A stretch of DNA of 59,763 nucleotides from a virus, in the IMG/VR virus record IMGVR_UViG_3300047496_000204, positions 74,764 through 134,526 of that record. The stretch is one strand, 5' to 3'. Shown here piece by piece: positions 1 through 10,223 of this stretch (positions within the stretch are counted from its first letter, which is position 1; every line of letters starts with the position of its first letter). Under the pieces are notes generated by a model, which saw only the letters and a program-made list of their open reading frames with translations, searched no databases and was not told the origin of the DNA. Made by a program: the position numbers and the translations under genes.

Positions 1-100
1 CATTGTAGATAGCATTATTGATAAAATTTATACATTCATCGGTTGCGAATTGAATTGGCATGTTTTCGTTGATGATATCAATAAAATTTCTTATAGACAT
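1..100 (-). CDS. Partial gene (runs off window start) with capsid-targeting-like leader MSIRNFIDIINE
   Basis: Open frame from ATG at 100; TAAATA and AAGGA upstream; leader nearly the same as that of the 259..1170 gene. Confidence 0.7.
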   Translation of the reverse strand, partial: MSIRNFIDIINENMPIQFATDECINFINNAIYN

Positions 101-106
101 GCGTTT

Positions 107-146
107 TCCTTTATATGTATTTATTGTCCTTTATATGTATTTATTG
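107..146. repeat. 20-bp tandem duplication carrying late promoter and SD (minus strand)
   Basis: tcctttatatgtatttattg at 107-126 and 127-146. Confidence 0.9.
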
Positions 147-246
147 TAGCGGCCATTTACCAGTCAAAATAATCGATCCGATTCCATAAGAAAAACACAA
201 ATAACACCGATTATTCCAAGTATGATTGCAAAAACTACAGCCGTAA
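133..246. repeat. 114-bp direct repeat, copy 1 (copy 2 at 1174..1288)
   Basis: Identical apart from one A in a homopolymer; contains TAAATA and the 3' end of the 1182..1430 gene. Confidence 0.95.
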
Positions 247-258
247 TGTGAATAATCA

Positions 259-1170
259 CTAAAACCGTCCAAGCACATCAATAGCTAAGTCTATATCTCC
301 CCAGGCGCGCATTTCAGTGCGTTGTTGAGAATAGTCAGGTGGTTCGCCTCTTGCTATTTGAGCCTGAAGTTGTTTTAAACTGATATGAACTTTGTTCTTG
401 ATACTATCAAAACCGAACAAATAATTTTCGAGGCCGGGAATATTCTGCTCCTGTTGTAGGATAGCAATATGGTTGGACATCTCCTTAATTTCTTTCCACA
501 ATTTATTGGGAATAAAAAAAGCTAACTTTTCGAGCATCACTGGTATTTCCGCAGCGGCCTTGAAGGCGGCATTTATGGTTGATGGCATCAAACTGCCTCG
601 CGCTTTGGATAGGGCTTGTGCGGTTCTCTGATAGGTTTCCACAAAGTATTTACCGATAGGCGCCAACTGCCCAGGCTCCACATTGATATTTCCATTTGAT
701 TCCACAAATTGTTCGAGTGTCATCGCAACTTTATGCATGTCATATGAACCATTTAGTGTTCCATTTATTCCACCGTAGCTGAGAAACTTGGTTATGACAT
801 TGAGAAGAACTGGTATTTCATCCTCGGTGTAGATGTAGTTACGGCCAGATGCATCGATTGGCACGTAGTCTCTGTCGTTGAAATTATATCGTCGTCCCAA
901 AGTGTATAGAACATCTTTACCGGTATGGTGATCATCATTATTGGCAATCGGAATGATCGTGTTATCTTTTGTGGATATCATTACGTATCCAACTTCATCC
1001 ATCTCGCCCTTTGAACCACCATTATTGGCAACATAAGTCATGGCTCGCCAACGCGCAACATCACGAAGAGAGCCAGTCATTATGTAATTTTCTGGTTTCA
1101 GGTTAGGTTGAAGTATAAACGGAGCACGCCGAACAGCTTCTACAATATCGATATATTTTCTTATAGACAT
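259..1170 (-). CDS. Hypothetical late protein with leader MSIRKYIDIVE (putative virion cargo)
   Basis: Long ORF; start reassigned to 1170, 8 nt after TAAATA. Confidence 0.75.
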   Translation of the reverse strand: MSIRKYIDIVEAVRRAPFILQPNLKPENYIMTGSLRDVARWRAMTYVANNGGSKGEMDEVGYVMISTKDNTIIPIANNDDHHTGKDVLYTLGRRYNFNDRDYVPIDASGRNYIYTEDEIPVLLNVITKFLSYGGINGTLNGSYDMHKVAMTLEQFVESNGNINVEPGQLAPIGKYFVETYQRTAQALSKARGSLMPSTINAAFKAAAEIPVMLEKLAFFIPNKLWKEIKEMSNHIAILQQEQNIPGLENYLFGFDSIKNKVHISLKQLQAQIARGEPPDYSQQRTEMRAWGDIDLAIDVLGRF

Positions 1171-1173
1171 TAG

Positions 1174-1288
1174 ATATGTATTTATTGTAGCGGCCATTTA
1201 CCAGTCAAAATAATCGATCCGATTCCATAAGAAAAAACACAAATAACACCGATTATTCCAAGTATGATTGCAAAAACTACAGCCGTAA
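1174..1288. repeat. 115-bp direct repeat, copy 2
   Basis: Matches 133..246. Confidence 0.95.
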
Positions 1289-1430
1289 GCAGCCAAGGCC
1301 TTATGTATTCTTCCCAATATGTTTCAATAAACATAATAATTGAAAGGATTATTGCAAAAAAACATACAACGAAAACTAAACCGACAAAACCAGTCCCCAA
1401 GTATCCTGCCATCAAAGCGATAAAGTTCAT
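1182..1430 (-). CDS. Small two-TM membrane protein
   Basis: Two hydrophobic stretches; GGAG SD. Confidence 0.75.
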   Translation of the reverse strand: MNFIALMAGYLGTGFVGLVFVVCFFAIILSIIMFIETYWEEYIRPWLLTAVVFAIILGIIGVICVFSYGIGSIILTGKWPLQ

Positions 1431-1439
1431 AATTTTCTC

Positions 1440-1763
1440 CTATACGTAGAGCACAACAATTTTCGAAGTTTTTTCGAATTGATTGTAATTGACTTCGTGT
1501 TTCTCTCTGATGACTTCTCGGACATTACGGCGCCTATCCAGGCCCTTCAAAAGCTTCCTGGCGATGGTTAGGCGATCCTCATATCGATCTGGCACGAGCG
1601 CATAGAAGGACGCTGTAGGTGGAATTACTGAGCACAAGCCTTCAAAAGGATTTTGTCCACCATGCGTATAAAAAGCTGGAACGTCCATGCGATCAAAAGA
1701 GGCATACAAAGTTTCTACGCTTTGTATGGTGACTCCGTTCGATCCTGTATCAACCGATATCAT
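1440..1763 (-). CDS. Hypothetical protein
   Basis: 107-aa ORF in minus-strand operon. Confidence 0.6.
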   Translation of the reverse strand: MISVDTGSNGVTIQSVETLYASFDRMDVPAFYTHGGQNPFEGLCSVIPPTASFYALVPDRYEDRLTIARKLLKGLDRRRNVREVIREKHEVNYNQFEKTSKIVVLYV

Positions 1764-1823
1764 TTTAATTTATTCCATCTGGATAGGTTTCAGGTTCCTT
1801 GATTTTCTGCACGAATCAATTTC

Positions 1824-2153
1824 CTAACAAAGACGGCCCATAATGGATACGCCGTAAAGTTCCTCGAAATTCTTGGCTTCATTCATTACCGCTTCGATAT
1901 AAAAATCTTCCCAAGTCGAAATATCCGGATCGAAGCGATCACCTTCCGCTTCAGCTTCAGCTTCAGCTTCTTCCAAGGCAACTCGAACCGCCAGCGTGGA
2001 AGGGGCTTGGCCGTGATATTCCTTAAGGATGGGATAAACTTCTTGATATTCCGATTCGCGGAAAGCACGTTCCGCCAAATCACAGAGAAGAAAATCCTTC
2101 GCCAGTTCTTGAGCGAATTGCTGAGCAGTAAAAATCTGGGACATGCGGCTCAT
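1824..2153 (-). CDS. Hypothetical acidic early protein
   Basis: AGGAG SD; TTGACA-type promoter at ~2195-2221. Confidence 0.7.
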   Translation of the reverse strand: MSRMSQIFTAQQFAQELAKDFLLCDLAERAFRESEYQEVYPILKEYHGQAPSTLAVRVALEEAEAEAEAEGDRFDPDISTWEDFYIEAVMNEAKNFEELYGVSIMGRLC

Positions 2154-2245
2154 AAAATTTCTCCTATTAAATTGTTTTCCCGGTATGAAATTGATACTAT
2201 CCTATTCTTGGTTTCTGTCAACCAAATTATGTAGGATTTATAATT

Positions 2246-2866
2246 TTGTTTGTAGAAGATTTTATTACTGAACTATCCCATAAAACAGTCAAATTCAAAG
2301 AGTGGGATGAAAAATTTGTAAATAGCATTAAGACGCAAATAGAACGCGATAAAGGACTATCAACTAAGCAAATAAAAACATTTCAAAACATAGTCGGCAA
2401 CTACAAAAAATCCCTTATCGCAGAAGGATTTTCAAATCATGTGATAGAAGAAATACTTCTGCGTCCTCGTTATAGAAACGATCCTTATCAATCTATAAAC
2501 TTACCTAATGAGGTTAGATATTTAGGGGATAACAAACTTGGATTTCGATTTAAACCAACACCCGAACTTATCGCCTTAATAAAAAATACTAGAAAACCAG
2601 TAACTTCAAAGATTAAACCAGTTTTCAATAGAAAACTAAAAATTTGGGTTTTAAGTATTACTCCTGCAAATTTCTCTTCAATTATGGACTTAGTTTCGCA
2701 TTTTGAATACGATGATGCCGTTTTAGAATATCTAACTCTTTGTGAAAATAGTAAACAGGAAAAAAGTACATTTTTCATTGAAGGAGATGAAATTTTAGCA
2801 AATATTTCTAACAATATATATTTGGATTGTTGGGTAAGAAATATGCTTTATGGAGAAATTTTGTGA
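2246..2866 (+). CDS. Hypothetical phage protein
   Basis: 206-aa ORF coupled (GTGA) to next gene. Confidence 0.7.
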   Translation: MFVEDFITELSHKTVKFKEWDEKFVNSIKTQIERDKGLSTKQIKTFQNIVGNYKKSLIAEGFSNHVIEEILLRPRYRNDPYQSINLPNEVRYLGDNKLGFRFKPTPELIALIKNTRKPVTSKIKPVFNRKLKIWVLSITPANFSSIMDLVSHFEYDDAVLEYLTLCENSKQEKSTFFIEGDEILANISNNIYLDCWVRNMLYGEIL

Positions 2867-3498
2867 ATACCGATTTTGCTCTTAAAAAAACGCCAGCAAT
2901 GGCCAGACGCATTATAGAACTATCAGAAGTTTTTGACCTTAATATTGATCCTGCCATAAAAGAATTGGCCAGGGAAAATCTGATAACAGAAGTCGATTTT
3001 GAAGGTTATAATTTTACCTCAGAACAAAAACGAATGGTACAAAAGTTAATTGATTACAACTTTAGAGCCATTATGCCATTAGAAACCGATGTAATTATGG
3101 CTGCTGCTAATATAGCCAATATAAAAACGGTAGTAGTCAATTCTATTATTGATTTTGGAGATGAATACAAAAATAAAATCATATATAAACAGTTTTCTTC
3201 GGTAATACCTAAGGATTATTCTGATTTTGCTAAAGCCCATAGAGATGGCATACTAATACTACCTGCCATTCTTCCGGGTTACATATCTATTTTAACAAGC
3301 GATTTCTACAAAACAATTTTTGTTACAGCGTCGTCATCAAAGTCTCCATTAGTCAGAGCACTATTTCCAAATTATGAAGAAAAAATGCTTATTAGTGACA
3401 AGCAGTATGCTGATTTCCCAAAAAAACAACTTGGTCTCAACAACGATAATAACAAAAATTTAGGATTCTTGGTAAACATTATAAATAATGAATGCTGA
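2863..3498 (+). CDS. Hypothetical phage protein
   Basis: ORF; GTG start overlaps upstream stop. Confidence 0.65.
   Translation: MNTDFALKKTPAMARRIIELSEVFDLNIDPAIKELARENLITEVDFEGYNFTSEQKRMVQKLIDYNFRAIMPLETDVIMAAANIANIKTVVVNSIIDFGDEYKNKIIYKQFSSVIPKDYSDFAKAHRDGILILPAILPGYISILTSDFYKTIFVTASSSKSPLVRALFPNYEEKMLISDKQYADFPKKQLGLNNDNNKNLGFLVNIINNEC
3482..3487 (+). promoter_or_regulatory. T4-like late promoter TAAATA (representative of ~20 copies)
   Basis: TATAAATA 4 nt before ATG; same hexamer at 15942, 17537(-), 21947, 26466(-), 27439, 28934(-), 30051, 37861(-), 41762, 49222, 58492. Confidence 0.8.
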
Positions 3499-4070
3499 TC
3501 AAAGAATTATATGGTGTCAAAGCACATAAACAGGAATGGCCTGTATTAACCACAAATAAATATTTAGATGCTAACAATCTAAAGAACTATATGCAGAAAT
3601 TAGGTTTTAGTTATGTAAATGGTGGACTTTATTCAGAAGTTTTTACCGATAATAAAAATATAGTAAAAATATTTAGAGACAACGATTTTGCTTATAGAGA
3701 TTTTATTAAATATTGTAATGAAAATAGAAATAATCCCGCTCTTCCAAAATTTAAAGGAAAAGCGGTAAGATTAACTTCAAATGTTAGAATGATACGAATG
3801 GAGATATTATCACCGGTTCCATCGAATTATTCAGATGATTATAGAGTTATCATGAATTACTATTATGGAATTTATTCTTATTATACTTCTGGTTCCGGAA
3901 GGTATCCCATTAAATTAACCGATTTAAGCAGACCTATGAGAATATTTATGATAACGCTCAAAGACCTTAGAGATTATAATAAAGATTATTTTATGGATTT
4001 ACACCAAGGGAACGTAATGATGCGGGGCGATCAACCCGTAATTATTGATCCGTATGCAATGGTAAATTAA
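3492..4070 (+). CDS. Protein kinase-like enzyme with leader MLIKELY
   Basis: GGLYSEVF Gly-loop, VKIF, DLHQGNVM catalytic loop, IIDP. Confidence 0.8.
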   Translation: MLIKELYGVKAHKQEWPVLTTNKYLDANNLKNYMQKLGFSYVNGGLYSEVFTDNKNIVKIFRDNDFAYRDFIKYCNENRNNPALPKFKGKAVRLTSNVRMIRMEILSPVPSNYSDDYRVIMNYYYGIYSYYTSGSGRYPIKLTDLSRPMRIFMITLKDLRDYNKDYFMDLHQGNVMMRGDQPVIIDPYAMVN

Positions 4071-4129
4071 ATTGAAAAAATCGACCATTTCGAGTATTAT
4101 TTGATGATAATTTAACTGGTATTGATTTA

Positions 4130-5596
4130 GTGATAGCGACAATAGTAATAAAAGATCAAGTAAACGTAAAAATTACAGGTTTAGACCCAGAACTTAGAAG
4201 GAAAATTGTAGCATCTTCTAAATATATGGTTCCTCATGCTTTTCATACCGATAAGTATAAAATGGGACGATGGGATGGAAAAGTAGCTTTTGCTACTATT
4301 GGTGGTGGCACATTCATCAATATGTTAGATAAAATTCTCCCAATGATAATTGGTGCTGGTTATGATATTGAAATTGATGATAAACGACCAGCGTATAATT
4401 TCTATTTTCCTGAAATATCGGAAGAAATATTTTCTGATACCTTGTGGCCAGAAGGCCATGACCGTGCAGGAGAACCAATTATTCTGCGGGATTATCAAGT
4501 TAAGGCGATAACTAGCTATTTGCGTTATAATCAATCAATTATCCCCATTGCAACTGGCGCAGGTAAAACGATTATATGTGCGGGATTATCCAAACTTACT
4601 GAACCATATGGTAGAAGTCTTTGTATTGTTCCGTCCAAAGACTTAGTTATACAAACCGAAGAAGATTACAAAAATCTTCGGCTAGATACTGGTGTATGGT
4701 TTGGAGACAGAAAAGAAGACGGGCATACCCATACTATAGCAACATGGCAATCTCTTGGCGTGTTTGATAAAAATAGTAAGAAATATGATGCTGGAAGCAA
4801 TTTCTCACTCTTTCTTAAAGATGTGGTTTGTGTAATTTCCGATGAGGCGCATGGAGCATCAGCAACCATCTTACAAAATTTGTTGACGGGGCCGATGGCG
4901 AATATTCCTATTAGAATTGGTATGACTGGAACAATTCCAAAGGAAGAATATCTTCAAGTATCCTTGGAATGTGCCATTGGTAAAATTCAAACAGAAAATC
5001 AGGTCATAACAAAAGATTTACAAGAACGAAAAGTCTTGTCTGATTGCGAAGTAAAAATAGTTCAATTGCAAGATGAAGAATTTGATTTTGCTACTTACGA
5101 TGCTGAACATGATTTCCTAATTTCTGATGAAGATCGTTTGAATTGGATAGCCGCATATTGTAAAAAGATAGTTGCAGAAAGCGGGAACACTCTTGTAATC
5201 GTGGACAGAATAAAAACTGGTAATTATTTAGTAAATGCTATTGGAGACGACGCAGTGTTCATTAATAGTACAGTAAAAACTAAGGATAGAAAGCGAGAGT
5301 ATAAAGAATTTGGAGATGTTAACGGGAAAATACTTATTGGCACACCTGGATGTATAGCAACTGGAGTAAATATAGTCAGAATATACAACCTTGTTATTAT
5401 TGAACTGGGCACAAGTTTTACTAGAACTATTCAGTCAGCGGGGCGTGTTTTGCGTAGAGGCAAGGATAAAAACTATGCTATTATTCATGATATTTATTCT
5501 AACTTAAAGTATTCCAAAAAACATTTAGCAAAAAGAAAGGGTTTTTATATAGAAGCAGGTTTCCCAGTTGAAAGTATAAAAATAAAATATTTATGA
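4130..5596 (+). CDS. uvsW: UvsW-like SF2 DNA helicase
   Basis: LRDYQ, ATGAGKT, DEAH, MTGT, QSAGRVLR motifs. Confidence 0.9.
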   Translation: MIATIVIKDQVNVKITGLDPELRRKIVASSKYMVPHAFHTDKYKMGRWDGKVAFATIGGGTFINMLDKILPMIIGAGYDIEIDDKRPAYNFYFPEISEEIFSDTLWPEGHDRAGEPIILRDYQVKAITSYLRYNQSIIPIATGAGKTIICAGLSKLTEPYGRSLCIVPSKDLVIQTEEDYKNLRLDTGVWFGDRKEDGHTHTIATWQSLGVFDKNSKKYDAGSNFSLFLKDVVCVISDEAHGASATILQNLLTGPMANIPIRIGMTGTIPKEEYLQVSLECAIGKIQTENQVITKDLQERKVLSDCEVKIVQLQDEEFDFATYDAEHDFLISDEDRLNWIAAYCKKIVAESGNTLVIVDRIKTGNYLVNAIGDDAVFINSTVKTKDRKREYKEFGDVNGKILIGTPGCIATGVNIVRIYNLVIIELGTSFTRTIQSAGRVLRRGKDKNYAIIHDIYSNLKYSKKHLAKRKGFYIEAGFPVESIKIKYL

Positions 5597-7344
5597 ATGC
5601 ATTTACAGAGAAAGAAAAAGATGAACTTAAAACTATTTTTAAGCAGGTAAAGCATTGGCAAAAAATAAAGAAAATTATTTCTTTTGAGTGTTCTCAAGAA
5701 GATGCTTATAATATAATTTATCCTGATATTTCATCGACTAGTGAATGCGGAAAGTCGAAGACATTCATTAGCCTGTCTGTTGGTTATACTTTTTGTGGAA
5801 CAACTAGAGGAGATAATCGTTGTCAATGTGCGATAAAAACGATGGTAGAAAAAGTTGCCAAAGCTAGAAATAATTTAACAGAAGAACAAAAAACGGAAAT
5901 CCATGAAAAGTACAAAAATTCTATGTTGGCTATTTATGGTACAGATAATATATTTAAGGACAAAAATTTTATTGAAAAAAATAAATTCAGTTGGACTGAG
6001 GAATCTTCAAATAAAAGAAAAATGACTAACCTAGAGAAGTATGGAGTAGAGAATCCTCGTCAAAATATTTATGTAAGCGATAAAATAAAAAAAACTTGTT
6101 TAGATCGATATGGAACGGAAAACCCGCTATCAAGTGATATTGTAAAAGAAAAAGTAAAGAGTACAATGGAAAAAAAATACGGGGAAACTATTCCTGCCAG
6201 AATTCCATCTGTAATGAAAAAGACAAAAACAACAAATTTGGAAAAATATGGCGTGGAAAATGTATCCTATTCACCAGAAATTATTGAAAAGATTAGAGAA
6301 GTCTTAATAGAAAAATATAAAAAAAGAGTATTGGAGAGAATTAATAAAGATTTTATACTAATTGATGATTATAAAGGAGTTTGTATTGATCATAAATATA
6401 TCAGATATTCTATGCAATGCAAAAAATGTAGTAGTGTATCTGATTATATAATAGCAAATGAAATAAATCCTATATGTAGAATATGTACCCCGATAGGATC
6501 GGGTGGTGAACAAGCTATATATGACTGGTTATTAAGCGAAGGTTTTCATACAGTCACACGGCATAACCGACAAATAATTAAACCGTTTGAACTAGACTTG
6601 GTGATAGAAGACAAAAAAATAGCAATTGAATATTGTGGTTTATATTGGCATTCCGAAGAATTCATAGATAAATTTTATCATAAAAATAAGCTTCAAATAA
6701 CAAATGCCGCTGGCTATAGATTAATTACTATATTTGAAGATGAATGGTTAAGTAATACTGAAGCAACAAAAAATAGATTACGCCATATATTAGGAAAAAC
6801 TAATAAGAAGTTATTTGCTAGAAAAACAAAATTATCAAAAATATCATGTGAAGAAATCGGAGAATTTTTAGATAAACATCATCTACAAAAAACTTGTAAT
6901 GCATCAATAAACTATTGTTTAAAAAATATTGATAATGATGTAGTGGCAGTAATGAATTTTTCCAAAGCTAGATTTTCCAAGAATACAGAGGCATGGGAGT
7001 TAGTGCGATTTGCGTCTGATGGGTTAGTGGTTGGAGGAGCACAGAAACTATTCAGTGCTTTCATCAAGGATTATCATCCTAAAAAAATAATATCATATGC
7101 AGATTTGCGATGGAGTAATGGAAAATTATATGAAATACTTGGATTTGACTTGATAAGTATAACATCTCCGAATTATTGGTATTTCAAGAATCTACAGCGT
7201 CTCAATAGAATGCGTTTTATGAAATCTAAACTAATAAAAGACGGTTATGATAGTTCATTAACAGAAAGTGTAATTATGAAAAGTAAAGGATATAACAAAA
7301 TTTGGGATTGTGGTAGTCTAAAATATGAATGGAAATATCGATGA
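5593..7344 (+). CDS. Putative homing endonuclease (KYGVEN repeats + PD-(D/E)xK/Vsr-like domain + C-terminal GNAT-like domain)
   Basis: Repeated xKYGVENP motifs, ELD..IAIEYCGLYWHS, ELVRFA..SYADLRWS..IWDCG. Confidence 0.8.
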   Translation: MNAFTEKEKDELKTIFKQVKHWQKIKKIISFECSQEDAYNIIYPDISSTSECGKSKTFISLSVGYTFCGTTRGDNRCQCAIKTMVEKVAKARNNLTEEQKTEIHEKYKNSMLAIYGTDNIFKDKNFIEKNKFSWTEESSNKRKMTNLEKYGVENPRQNIYVSDKIKKTCLDRYGTENPLSSDIVKEKVKSTMEKKYGETIPARIPSVMKKTKTTNLEKYGVENVSYSPEIIEKIREVLIEKYKKRVLERINKDFILIDDYKGVCIDHKYIRYSMQCKKCSSVSDYIIANEINPICRICTPIGSGGEQAIYDWLLSEGFHTVTRHNRQIIKPFELDLVIEDKKIAIEYCGLYWHSEEFIDKFYHKNKLQITNAAGYRLITIFEDEWLSNTEATKNRLRHILGKTNKKLFARKTKLSKISCEEIGEFLDKHHLQKTCNASINYCLKNIDNDVVAVMNFSKARFSKNTEAWELVRFASDGLVVGGAQKLFSAFIKDYHPKKIISYADLRWSNGKLYEILGFDLISITSPNYWYFKNLQRLNRMRFMKSKLIKDGYDSSLTESVIMKSKGYNKIWDCGSLKYEWKYR

Positions 7345-8144
7345 AAAATATAGTTTTCTTCATTACCCATAAAACGTTATCGCTGAAGCATGCAAATGCT
7401 ACCTTCTACTCAATGTCCAAACAAGATATTAGAGATACTGCTAATTTCGATGTTCTTTACATCTATAATACGCATGAAGATGAACTATCCAATGAAAACC
7501 TGTTAGAGTTATACAAAAAATATGATCTAGCTCGGTTCTTCAACAGTGTGGAAATATTTCCTTACGACAAAAACACCCATAAATCACTTGGTGGTGATAC
7601 ACATGCTATAAGAACGTTTATGCAACAACGATACTTGGCAGATGATCGCTACCTAATGCTTAAGTCTGATTGCGTATTGTCGAAGAATTATTTTGATGAA
7701 ATATTACATATTGGGCCGGGATTGATTAGTTTCATTGCGCCTTTTATCTGCGCTAAAGAACGTTTAACCGACGAAGAGATTTTTGAGTATGCTGAAAGGG
7801 ATCGATATATCCCTTCCGACTCTATCACATTTTTTGTAGAGGATCAGTTCAACTCTCCTAATAACGATTTCAATAATCGTCCTGGTGTGAATGTGACTGA
7901 TCATGAAATCAAGTTTACCTCTTGTTATGTTATAACAGATTTCTCTGCTCATTTTATAAGTGTAGAATTAGCAAGTAAGATGAATATCAATACACAATCA
8001 TGGGGCGGTGTAAAATTTTATCTATTAGCTCCGTTCTTTATAGGAACTGATCGTTGTTTTGTGATACACAAATACCACGATATAATTTCCGAAAATAGAA
8101 GCACAGACAGAGAAGGGCCAGTCAAAACTTGGCTAAAAAGTTAA
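7341..8144 (+). CDS. Putative glycosyltransferase-like protein
   Basis: N-terminal beta strand, YLMLKSD (DxD-like), late HxxH; operon with TylF. Confidence 0.45.
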   Translation: MKNIVFFITHKTLSLKHANATFYSMSKQDIRDTANFDVLYIYNTHEDELSNENLLELYKKYDLARFFNSVEIFPYDKNTHKSLGGDTHAIRTFMQQRYLADDRYLMLKSDCVLSKNYFDEILHIGPGLISFIAPFICAKERLTDEEIFEYAERDRYIPSDSITFFVEDQFNSPNNDFNNRPGVNVTDHEIKFTSCYVITDFSAHFISVELASKMNINTQSWGGVKFYLLAPFFIGTDRCFVIHKYHDIISENRSTDREGPVKTWLKS

Positions 8145-8145
8145 T

Positions 8146-8850
8146 ATGACAAATCTTTACAATAACTCATCTGATATTCACGCAAATCAAAACATTTACG
8201 ATAGTTTTAACAATTTCATATTCTCCAAAGATCGAAATGTCTTTAACAAACTCCATAGTAAGTTCTGGTTCTATGGAATGACCAAGCATCTTCATGGTGA
8301 TATAGTTGAGTGTGGCGTATTTAAAGGTTCTGGTCTCCTAAGTTGGTTGAAGATCATAGATATTTACGAACCGAGAAGTATCAAAAAAGTTATGGGTTTT
8401 GATTTCTTCGATTCGACATTCGTAGATAATATGGTGGATGGAGTTGATAAAGACACCATGGCACAAGTTTTTGACCGCTGCAAAGAGTTAAGCAACGATG
8501 ATATATCTATGGAAGGAATTCGTCATAAGATTCTTAATGCTGGATTTGACGAAAGTAAGTTTGAGCTTATCCAAGGAGATATCGCGCTGACTTCCGGAAA
8601 AATAATTGGTAATCGTCCTGGATTCAGGATTAGTATTCTCTATTTGGATATGGATTTGGAAAAACCTACATACGATGCCTTAGACACAATGTGGGAACGT
8701 GTTGTTCCGGGTGGTGTCGTGGTTTTTGATGAATATGCTTACCATAGTTGGAGTGAATCCAATGCCGTAGACCGGTTTCTTAAAGAAAAGGGGCTCACTC
8801 TTATCAAAATGAACATTGCCGCCCCAACAGCTTACATAATCAAGGAATAA
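8146..8850 (+). CDS. TylF/MycF-family SAM-dependent O-methyltransferase
   Basis: GDIVECGVFKG, ISILYLDMDL, VPGGVVVFDEY. Confidence 0.9.
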   Translation: MTNLYNNSSDIHANQNIYDSFNNFIFSKDRNVFNKLHSKFWFYGMTKHLHGDIVECGVFKGSGLLSWLKIIDIYEPRSIKKVMGFDFFDSTFVDNMVDGVDKDTMAQVFDRCKELSNDDISMEGIRHKILNAGFDESKFELIQGDIALTSGKIIGNRPGFRISILYLDMDLEKPTYDALDTMWERVVPGGVVVFDEYAYHSWSESNAVDRFLKEKGLTLIKMNIAAPTAYIIKE

Positions 8851-8852
8851 CT

Positions 8853-9572
8853 ATGTCAGAAATGAACGATTTTAAGATTGCTATTCTTTTACTTGGTAAT
8901 ATAAGAACTTGGGAAAGTTGTAAAGAAAGTTTTCAACAGACTTTTGGAATGCTTAACGCGGATGTATTTGTTGATACTTATGATCTACGCTATGGATATC
9001 ATCCTTACATTAACGGCCGATTTGAGGGAGATGATGAATTACTTACTCCTGATCAAATTAAAATTATGTTTGAAGGTATTAACGTAGTCAACTTCAATAT
9101 AGATAGTGCCGAAGAAAGACATGCTTATTATAACTCGACGGTAAATACATTACATCCAAATTTTCAAAACATGGAAAATTGTTTCGCACAAAGTGTTAAA
9201 TTGGTCAACGCTTTTATTCCAGTAATGCATACGGAATATGTTGACGGAAAAGAATATGATATCATCATTAAGACACGTTGTGATATGGTATACAATCCAG
9301 TCAATTTCTCGCAGATTTTGAATAAGGTAATTATAGATAGTGGAAATGTATATCCAAATGATTGTATCATTATGTCTGACAGAGATACTATGTTTAACAT
9401 CGCCAAAATGATGCATGCGGAGTATTTTATTCCTGAATTAGGATCAGATACGCATGAAGTTCCTCCACATCGGTTACTTCAACGAGCCGTTGAAAAACTA
9501 GAATTGGAGTTTGACGCTCAGAAAATCATGGATTATGTGATGCGGAGAAATAACATACCTCAACGGTATTAG
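8853..9572 (+). CDS. Putative glycosyltransferase-like protein
   Basis: KIAILLLGNIR and YDIIIKTRCD motifs typical of viral GT-A-like proteins. Confidence 0.6.
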   Translation: MSEMNDFKIAILLLGNIRTWESCKESFQQTFGMLNADVFVDTYDLRYGYHPYINGRFEGDDELLTPDQIKIMFEGINVVNFNIDSAEERHAYYNSTVNTLHPNFQNMENCFAQSVKLVNAFIPVMHTEYVDGKEYDIIIKTRCDMVYNPVNFSQILNKVIIDSGNVYPNDCIIMSDRDTMFNIAKMMHAEYFIPELGSDTHEVPPHRLLQRAVEKLELEFDAQKIMDYVMRRNNIPQRY

Positions 9573-9594
9573 TGAAATATTATCACGATAATTC

Positions 9595-9617
9595 AGATTG
9601 CAAATATATATTGCAAT
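9595..9617. promoter_or_regulatory. Palindromic operator-like site
   Basis: gattgcaa-atatata-ttgcaatc perfect 8-bp inverted repeat in intergenic DNA. Confidence 0.4.
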
Positions 9618-9677
9618 CAATAAAATAGAATTGTATTATCCCTTTGATTCTATACAGAATATTATTAAAGGAGCCAA

Positions 9678-10181
9678 TTGCAAATACTTACCCCAGAAAA
9701 TGAGCCGTTTGAGATGTCGGCTATGCCTAATTTAGTTGATGATTTACGATATTGTGTGTTAGATTATTCAGATCAGAACAATGTAGATTTTATTTGGATT
9801 CCAGTTTTTTATTTGGATGTATTCCCTAGACCTGCGGCTGATCTTCAGATTGGACCATATCGCATACAAATGCCTCTAGATTGGAGTGTTATTATTGCTG
9901 ATAAACATCTTGGAAATATGGAGATCATAGAGCTAAAACACCTGAATGATCGTGAATTCGAAGTTTTTGTATTGAATCCGATCACTGGTTATATCCCACA
10001 ATTTTGTGAAATCACTATCCAGAATGTCTTTCCAGACGTGACTTGGCATATTCCTAAACTTAAAAGAGGGCATATTTTAGCAGTTCCTTTGATTTCTGGT
10101 CCGTGTCCTCCTTGTGCTTTTTTTGTCAAAGACACAAATAAGCTTCCCGATAATCTAGATATTAGTAAGGTATTTGCGTAG
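9678..10181 (+). CDS. Conserved jumbo-phage hypothetical protein
   Basis: AAGGAG SD, TTG start, 167 aa. Confidence 0.75.
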   Translation: MQILTPENEPFEMSAMPNLVDDLRYCVLDYSDQNNVDFIWIPVFYLDVFPRPAADLQIGPYRIQMPLDWSVIIADKHLGNMEIIELKHLNDREFEVFVLNPITGYIPQFCEITIQNVFPDVTWHIPKLKRGHILAVPLISGPCPPCAFFVKDTNKLPDNLDISKVFA

Positions 10182-10223
10182 ATAAATAGATATGATCATA
10201 CCTGATCTCGGATCATACCACCT

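Noticed and set aside
1948-1971. gcttca microsatellite (also ccagtcgaa x3 at ~15410)
   Set aside because: In-frame low-complexity EA/PVE repeats; cannot phase-shift
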